From contig JAXGYC010000007.1 of assembly GCA_040772485.1 (NCBI GenBank), positions 832,001 through 896,000 of the forward strand: a stretch of 64,000 bases of DNA, in the 5' to 3' direction. Positions 57,862-64,000 of the stretch are shown piece after piece. This stretch comes from Sedimentisphaerales bacterium (GTDB lineage: Bacteria; Planctomycetota; Phycisphaerae; Sedimentisphaerales; Anaerobacaceae). Each line of letters starts with the position of its first letter. Within the stretch, counting starts at the first letter, position 1. Made by a program: the position numbers and the translations under genes. Under the pieces are notes generated by a model. It did no database searches. It had not been told where the DNA came from and worked only from the letters and a program-made list of their open reading frames with translations.

Positions 57862-58188
57862 GGTCCTCCCTGACACAGAAAACCGGTAACGGGACATTCC
57901 TCGGCACGCTACCCCCCGGTGCCGCACGGGATTTGCTGACCATCTTGCCCAGGACCCGTCCTAATGCAACAAAAAAAACGCCAAACCCCCTAAATTCCTG
58001 CCCCTCCAAGGCCGATAGGCTCCAGTGAGCTTGGGGCCGGTGGCTGGGCGTTGTGGCCGCCGCTGCCTGTGATCCAGGCCCAGACGAACCAGGAGAGAGG
58101 GTTCCATGTCGCCCGTTTCGGCCCGCGGGCCTGCGACACCGGACTCCTGGATGATGAAGAGCACGTGGTTCTGTTATGGAGCGCGAAG

Positions 58189-58509
58189 ATGAGAAAGCCG
58201 ATGGACAAGAAGAACAACGGGCAGGCGAAACTCAAGGATCTGGTGGTCGTCACACTCCTGAACGACGTGGACCAAGCGAAAGAGTACCAAACCCTGCTGA
58301 AGCTCAACGACATCCCCGCCACGATCAAGGAGCAGCTCGATCCGAGCGGCGAGCACAAGGGGGTAGCGATCATGGTGCCCGAGGACTTCCTCGATGAGGC
58401 CCATGTCGTGATCGAGTCGCAGGATGCCTATGACGACTTCTACGACTATGCGATGGAAGACGAGGAAGAGGTCGATTTCGACGCGGACCTGCTGGACGAC
58501 GAGTACTGA
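58189..58509 (+). CDS. Small protein, DUF2007-like core with a strongly acidic/aromatic C-terminal tail
   Basis: GGAG RBS 7 nt before ATG 58189; LLKLNDIPA...[11 protein letters not shown] resembles the DUF2007 pattern; typical codon usage. Confidence 0.75.
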   Translation: MRKPMDKKNNGQAKLKDLVVVTLLNDVDQAKEYQTLLKLNDIPATIKEQLDPSGEHKGVAIMVPEDFLDEAHVVIESQDAYDDFYDYAMEDEEEVDFDADLLDDEY

Positions 58510-58607
58510 CACGCCCGACGGCGTACCGCACAGGCGCAATCATCGATTCCTCCGTCCGGACGGCAGCAGACGCGGAGCAATCGTACAAGAGAGAAAGCCA
58601 ACCCACT

Positions 58608-59066
58608 ATGGTAGAGGCAGAGAAGAAACACACCGACAAACCCTGTTGCCGAGAAGGTCGCTGCGACTGCACCGGCGACAGGCGCAAGAAGGAAGCGGAC
58701 ACCACCAGCCCGGATTTCGTGGAGCGGCGAAGCGGGGTGGAACGCAGACAGAATGTGGTGGACCGCCGACTTGGGCTGGATCGACGTCGTGGCCCCGGAC
58801 GGCGGCGCAGTGAGGATCGCAAGGCCGCAGAGGAGGGCCAGATGTCAGATGAGCAATTCGAGTTCGTGATGGCTATTGACGAATACAAGCGAGCCAATGC
58901 GCGGCCATTTCCGACCTGGACGGAGGTCCTCGAAGTCATCAAGGCGTTGGGGTATCGCCGCGTGGCCGAACCTCAATCGTTGTGCAAATCGTCGCCCGAG
59001 TTGAAGGTCACAGATAAGACCGCCAAAGGCCGGCGTCGAGCTCGCAAGCCGCTACTGACGAAGTAA
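58608..59066 (+). CDS. Hypothetical protein with tandem (D/E)RR repeats and an FPTW-containing helical domain
   Basis: [34 protein letters not shown] followed by [11 protein letters not shown]...[17 protein letters not shown]. Confidence 0.8.
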   Translation: MVEAEKKHTDKPCCREGRCDCTGDRRKKEADTTSPDFVERRSGVERRQNVVDRRLGLDRRRGPGRRRSEDRKAAEEGQMSDEQFEFVMAIDEYKRANARPFPTWTEVLEVIKALGYRRVAEPQSLCKSSPELKVTDKTAKGRRRARKPLLTK

Positions 59067-59289
59067 CCCATCGCGGACGGCCAGGGACGCTTCGGCCCGG
59101 TCAGGACCAGGGCGTTCAAGCCCTCACCACCAGTTATCGGCCCTCCCCTCGGGCCCCACACGCGGTGCGCCCGTCGTATCGCACAATTCGCCCGTTTCCG
59201 GGGGGCTGTTTCACCCTGCTCGACAAGGCCGGCTCACGGGCCGCTGAACGGATTAAGTGTTATTTTTCTGCGAGAGCGGCACATTTCTC

Positions 59290-59318
59290 TTGCCTGCCCC
59301 TGATTTGTCCGATATGAT
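59290..59318 (+). promoter_or_regulatory. Sigma70-type promoter for fusA
   Basis: TTGCCT (59290-59295), 17 bp spacer, TATGAT (59313-59318), T-rich upstream sequence. Confidence 0.5.
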
Positions 59319-59490
59319 GATAGGTTCTTCGCTCTGCAAAGAGGGAGGGTAGGTACCCGCCGGTCGATGCAACCCAGGAAACAGGTGGCAAGGGCGAAGA
59401 ATCACCAGCGACAGGACAAACTTGAAGCTCCTCCTGCCGAGAATGGCAGGCGAGTGATTATCGTGTGTCAGAAAACGGTTTTGGGAAACT

Positions 59491-61587
59491 ATGGAAAAGA
59501 TCAGCAGGATTCGGAACATCGGGATTTCGGCGCACATCGACTCGGGCAAGACCACGTTGAGCGAGCGCATTCTCTTCTATGCCGGCCGCATTCATCGCAT
59601 GCAGGAGGTCCACACCGGTGAGGGCGGGGCGACGATGGACTTCATGGAACTCGAACGCGAACGAGGGATCACCATCACCTCGGCCGCGACGCAGGTCACG
59701 TGGAAGGACAAGAGCATCAATCTCATCGACACACCCGGGCACGTGGACTTCACCGTCGAGGTTGAGCGGTCGCTGCGCGTGCTGGACGGGGCGATCATGG
59801 TCCTGTGCGCCGTCGGCGGCGTTCAGAGTCAGTCGATCACGGTCGACCAGCAGATGAAGCGCTATCGCGTGCCACGGATCGCGTTCGTCAACAAGATGGA
59901 CCGGACCGGGGCCGATCCCGACCGCGTCCGGCAGGACATGACCCATAAGCTGGGACTGAACGTCGTACCGATCCAATGGCAGATGGGCTGCGGCGACGCC
60001 TTCAAGGGGGTGATCGATCTGATCACCATGGAGGCAATCGTCTTCGAGGGCAAGGACGGTGAGAAAGTGGTCCGCGGTCCGGTCCCCGACGCCTGCCTCC
60101 CAGCCGCCAGGAAGGCGCGACAGGCGATGCTCGAGGCGCTGAGCATGTACAACGATCGGCTGATCGAGATGCTCCTGGAGGACCAGCCGGTCGAGGAGAG
60201 CCTGATTCGCAGAGTCATTCGCGAGGCCACGATCAACCGCGACATCGTCCCGATGATGATGGGCTCGGCCTTCAAGAACAAAGGCGTCCAGCCGCTGATG
60301 GATGCCGTGTGCGATTTCCTGCCCAGTCCGATGGATCGCTCCTATTTCGCTCGCGACCACGACAACGCGGGAACGGAAACCCCGCTGGCCAGCGATCCCG
60401 ACGCGCCGCTGGTGGCGATGATTTTCAAGATCGCCGATGAATCGTTCGGGCAGTTGAGTTATGTGCGCGTGTATCAAGGCCGGATCGTCAAAGGCCAGCA
60501 GTACCGCAACGCCCGCACCAACCGCATGCTGCGTGTAGGTCGCATTGTCCGGATGCACGCGAACGACCGCTCCGACATCAATGACGCCGGTCCGGGCGAC
60601 ATCATCGCCCTGCTGGCGGTCGAGTGCGCCAGCGGCGACACAATCTGCGGCGAAGGCATCAACTACTCGCTCGAGAGCATCTTCGTCGCCGACCCGGTCA
60701 TCAGCCTGTCCATTACGCCGGCTACCTCGGCCGACCAGGAGCGTATGGCCAAGGCGCTGAGCCGGTTCATGAAAGAGGACCCGACGTTTCGCGTCTCGAC
60801 GGACCCGGAGACAGGCGAGACGGTCATCGCCGGCATGGGTGAGCTCCATCTGGACATCTATGTGGAACGGATGCGGCGGGAGTACAAGGCCAGCGTGACG
60901 GTCGGCGCCCCGAACGTCAGCTACCGGGAAGCGCCCACCGCTGAGTCCGAATTCAACTATCGCCACAAGAAGCAGACCGGCGGGTCGGGCCAGTACGCCC
61001 ACGTGATCGGCCGCCTGATCCCTCTGGGACCGGACGCCGACGCGCCGTACGAGTTCGAGGACAACATCACCTCCGGACGCATCCCCAGCGAGTACATTCC
61101 CGCCGTCAACAAGGGTTTCCAGGCCGCGATGAAGAAGGGGCCGCTGGCCGGATACGAGATCGTCGGGTGCAAGATGTGCCTCGACGATGGGTCCTTCCAC
61201 GCGGTCGATTCCAGCGAGATGGCGTTCCGAATCGCCGGAAGGGACGCCTTCATCGAAGCCTTCAAGCGGTCCAGGCCCTGCCTCCAGGAGCCGATCATGA
61301 CCGTGGAGGTCGAAACGCCGACCGAGTTCCAGGGCCCTATCGTGGGCGATCTCAACAGCCGTCGCGGAATCATCATGGAAACCACCGCGCGTGACACGTA
61401 TACCGTGATCCGTGCCGAAGTGCCGTTGGCCAACATGTTCGGTTATGCGACCGTTGTGCGAGGACTGAGTCGGGGCATGGCGACCTTCTCCATGGAGATG
61501 TGCCGTTACGCTCAGGTCCCGACACGCCTGGCCGAAGAAATCATCAACCGACGTCGTGAGAAGAATCAGCAGCCGGTCCGGAAGTAA
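59491..61587 (+). CDS. fusA: Elongation factor G (stand-alone copy)
   Basis: AHIDSGKTT, ERERGITI, DTPGHVDF, NKMD, GMGELHL and KQTGGSGQY motifs. Confidence 0.96.
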   Translation: MEKISRIRNIGISAHIDSGKTTLSERILFYAGRIHRMQEVHTGEGGATMDFMELERERGITITSAATQVTWKDKSINLIDTPGHVDFTVEVERSLRVLDGAIMVLCAVGGVQSQSITVDQQMKRYRVPRIAFVNKMDRTGADPDRVRQDMTHKLGLNVVPIQWQMGCGDAFKGVIDLITMEAIVFEGKDGEKVVRGPVPDACLPAARKARQAMLEALSMYNDRLIEMLLEDQPVEESLIRRVIREATINRDIVPMMMGSAFKNKGVQPLMDAVCDFLPSPMDRSYFARDHDNAGTETPLASDPDAPLVAMIFKIADESFGQLSYVRVYQGRIVKGQQYRNARTNRMLRVGRIVRMHANDRSDINDAGPGDIIALLAVECASGDTICGEGINYSLESIFVADPVISLSITPATSADQERMAKALSRFMKEDPTFRVSTDPETGETVIAGMGELHLDIYVERMRREYKASVTVGAPNVSYREAPTAESEFNYRHKKQTGGSGQYAHVIGRLIPLGPDADAPYEFEDNITSGRIPSEYIPAVNKGFQAAMKKGPLAGYEIVGCKMCLDDGSFHAVDSSEMAFRIAGRDAFIEAFKRSRPCLQEPIMTVEVETPTEFQGPIVGDLNSRRGIIMETTARDTYTVIRAEVPLANMFGYATVVRGLSRGMATFSMEMCRYAQVPTRLAEEIINRRREKNQQPVRK

Positions 61588-61863
61588 GGATCTCCGGTCC
61601 GCTGCCATGGCTCCCGGGCGCGGCGCTGCCCCGCCGGGAAGCCAAGAACGCAGCCGGCAACGGGCTCCACATCGATGGGGTCCGTCGGTCCGGCGGGCGC
61701 CGCATGGTTCTTAGTGGAGTCTCACGCCGTTTGCTACACCGCGTCAGAACCTCACTCCACACCTGTAGTCCCGCTGAGGGTTGGTTGTGCCATCCCTTGG
61801 GGATTGTCGTTTTTGTCACCAGGCCGGGCGCTTGTACGTCCGTCCTACCTTTAGGATTGTTTC

Positions 61864-63144
61864 ATGCCATTCAAGACGTTTGGTCTTTCCGAACCGCTGG
61901 TGCAGGGAATCCTTGCCACCGGCTACACCACACCCACAGAAATCCAATCGCAGGCGATCCCGGTCGCGCTCGACGGCCATGATGTCATCGGCTGCGCCCA
62001 GACCGGGACCGGCAAGACGGCCGCGTTCGTCCTGCCGATCCTCAACCGGCTCGCTCACGAAAGAAGCAGGCCCAAGAAAGGAATCAAGTCGTTGATCCTG
62101 ACGCCGACGCGCGAGCTGGCGGTGCAGATCGAGCAGTCGATCCTCGGCTATGGTCGGTTTCTCCGCCTGCGGACGCTCGCCATCTACGGCGGCGTCAGCA
62201 TCGAGAACCAACTGAGCGCTCTGCGTCGCGGCGTCGACATCGTCGTGTCCACCCCGGGCCGGCTGCTCGACCACATGCACCGAGGCTCGATCCGCTTCGA
62301 AGCGATCGAGGTGCTCGTTTTGGATGAGGCCGATCGCATGCTGGACATGGGCTTCATCCGAGACGTGCGGAAGATCGTTGACGCCCTGCCCACAGACCGT
62401 CAGACGATGCTCTTCTCCGCCACCATCAGCCCCGAGATCAAGGGACTGTCGGCCGGCATGCAGAAGTCGCCGAAGATGATTCAGATCGGCCGCCCGCACA
62501 ATCCCATCGAGACCGTCACACAGCATGTCTATCCCGTCGAGAAATCGCAGAAGATCGATCTTCTGTTGCACATGCTCAAGAACAGCCCGATGTACAGCGT
62601 CCTGGTCTTCTCGCGAACCAAGCACGGGGCCGACAAGATCACGCGCCGGCTCGAACGGTCGGGCATCGTCTCCGTGGCGATCCACTCCGGACGCAGCCAG
62701 GGTCAGCGGCAACGGGCCCTCGACGGTTTCAAGAGCGGTAAGTACCAGGTCATGGTCGCGACGGACATTGCCGCACGCGGCATCGACGTCTCGGGCATCT
62801 CGCACGTGATCAATTTCGACGTCCCGGCGTTCGCAGAAGACTACATCCATCGGATCGGTCGCACCGGACGCGCCACCGCCACCGGCGACGCCATCACGTT
62901 CGTCTCGCAGGACGAGAAGAAGTACCTCGGGCAAATCGAGAAGTTCATCGGACGACGCTTCAGCCCACAGACGTGTCCGGGGTTCGCCTGTGTCGCGATG
63001 GAGCCCGCGCCGGCGGAGCCGAAGAAGAATCCCCCGCCGCGCCGTCACGGCCGGACCTTCGTCGCCGCCCGACCATCGTCGGTCCGTGCCAAGAGCGGGC
63101 CGGCCTGGCGCCGTCGCAGGAAAGCGAGGCCCCACTCTGCATAG
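61864..63144 (+). CDS. rhlE: DEAD-box RNA helicase (RhlE-like)
   Basis: AQTGTGKT, PTRELA, TPGRL, DEAD, SAT, ARGID and HRIGRTGR motifs; basic C-terminal tail. Confidence 0.85.
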   Translation: MPFKTFGLSEPLVQGILATGYTTPTEIQSQAIPVALDGHDVIGCAQTGTGKTAAFVLPILNRLAHERSRPKKGIKSLILTPTRELAVQIEQSILGYGRFLRLRTLAIYGGVSIENQLSALRRGVDIVVSTPGRLLDHMHRGSIRFEAIEVLVLDEADRMLDMGFIRDVRKIVDALPTDRQTMLFSATISPEIKGLSAGMQKSPKMIQIGRPHNPIETVTQHVYPVEKSQKIDLLLHMLKNSPMYSVLVFSRTKHGADKITRRLERSGIVSVAIHSGRSQGQRQRALDGFKSGKYQVMVATDIAARGIDVSGISHVINFDVPAFAEDYIHRIGRTGRATATGDAITFVSQDEKKYLGQIEKFIGRRFSPQTCPGFACVAMEPAPAEPKKNPPPRRHGRTFVAARPSSVRAKSGPAWRRRRKARPHSA

Positions 63145-63256
63145 ACCACTGGCCACTCAAACGGAACGAAGCGCAGACGCCGCGATCTGGTGCTCGCGTC
63201 CTGCGCTGGTTTCCTGTCGGGTTTTCCTCTCGCTTTTGCAGCGATTCTGTAGTTCA

Positions 63257-64000
63257 ATGCTGGCCATGACAAGACCACGACACAGGGAAACAACCTCGAC
63301 AGACTCATCGCCGTCCACAGAATCGACTGAAGAGGCGTCGCAATCCAGCGAACCGTGCATCAACGAGGCCGTGACACCGCCCCCGCCGGACACCGAGCGG
63401 CGTGCCAAACGATCCCGAAGACGCCGCGGCGGCAGGAAGAAAGCGTCCTGGAGCCTCGAACAGTTCCAGGTGCCCGAGAAGCCGGGGGAGGTGCGGTTCC
63501 ACGACCTGGGGCTTCCCGACCCGATCATGCACGCGATCGCCGACCTGGGATTCAAGTATTGCACGCCGATCCAGGCGAAGGTCCTGATCCACGCACACGC
63601 CGGACAGAACATCTCCGGCCGAGCCCAGACGGGAACCGGAAAGACCGCCGCGTTCCTCATCACGATCTTCAGCAAGTTCCTCCAGGACCCCCTCCAGGCA
63701 GAAAGGCCGGCCGGATCGCCGCGCGCCCTCGTGCTGGCGCCCACGCGCGAGCTGGCCATCCAGATCGCAAAGGACGCTGAAGACCTCGGCAAGTACTGCC
63801 ACTTCAACTGCCTGGCGATCTATGGAGGTCTGGAGGTCAAGCGGCAGCAGCGGCGTCTGGACAGGGCGCCCGTCGATCTGATCGTGGCGACCCCCGGACG
63901 CCTGCTCGACTTCGTCAAGCGAGGCAGCATCAAGCTCAAGGACGTCGAGATCCTGGTCATCGACGAAGCGGACCGGATGCTCGATATGGGCTTCATCCCG
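63257..64000 (+). CDS. DEAD-box RNA helicase (RhlB-like), truncated by window end
   Basis: Not in the ORF track because it has no stop in the window; manual translation gives ...RFHDLGL...CTPIQ...AQTGTGKT...PTRELA...TPGRLLD...DEADRMLDMGFIP; start is 63257 or 63266. Confidence 0.88.
   Translation, partial: MLAMTRPRHRETTSTDSSPSTESTEEASQSSEPCINEAVTPPPPDTERRAKRSRRRRGGRKKASWSLEQFQVPEKPGEVRFHDLGLPDPIMHAIADLGFKYCTPIQAKVLIHAHAGQNISGRAQTGTGKTAAFLITIFSKFLQDPLQAERPAGSPRALVLAPTRELAIQIAKDAEDLGKYCHFNCLAIYGGLEVKRQQRRLDRAPVDLIVATPGRLLDFVKRGSIKLKDVEILVIDEADRMLDMGFIP

Noticed and set aside
59330..59401. Partial resemblance to a SAM-I riboswitch (AGAG...GGAGGG...GCAACC...GGTGGCAA)
   Set aside because: It lacks the AUC/GAU P1 core and the GGUGC consensus, and the downstream gene is not sulfur-related; kept only as an unassigned structured leader
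214..61608. Many long antisense or alternate-frame ORFs (e.g. 214-1665, 8272-10392, 14675-16819, 24885-27740, 37678-40146, 59458-61608)
   Set aside because: They shadow well-supported genes, have no recognisable motifs, and are expected from stop-codon scarcity in GC-rich coding DNA
1..64000. CRISPR arrays, tRNA/rRNA, IS elements, prophage or defence systems
   Set aside because: No spaced direct repeats, cloverleafs, transposase, integrase or phage motifs were seen by eye

Overview
GC-rich bacterial chromosome segment with no mobile genes, CRISPR arrays, tRNAs or rRNAs that I could recognise. Gene content (Tat-exported Gfo/Idh/MocA proteins, many prepilin genes, an spd-type EF-G, Rnf) suggests an anaerobic planctomycete, probably Phycisphaerae; this is inference. 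In order, the window holds: (1) the end of an rnfCDGEAB operon with a convergent apbE; (2) a radical SAM gene and an orphan response regulator; (3) an acetate cluster of acs and an MFS transporter facing an operon of ADP-forming acetate-CoA ligase, CoA-transferase-GNAT fusion and HDAC/AcuC deacetylase; (4) housekeeping genes (CDF, glmM, serA, suhB); (5) a 14 kb type IV filament locus with two PilB/GspE ATPases, PilT, PilC/GspF and seven pilin-like genes; (6) cinA, a Zn-dependent dehydrogenase, a divergent ychF, fumarase beta, sirC, a U32 protein, rplU and dat; (7) a sugar-oxidoreductase cluster; (8) a GT4-GH57-GH133 alpha-glucan operon; (9) a 64-aa bacterial histone-fold gene divergent from an acidic-tailed protein and an Arg-repeat protein; (10) EF-G and two DEAD-box helicases. 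The best leads are the histone locus, with a candidate acidic chaperone-like neighbour, and the apparent self-contained Acs acetylation switch. All family assignments come from motif recognition by eye, not database searches.
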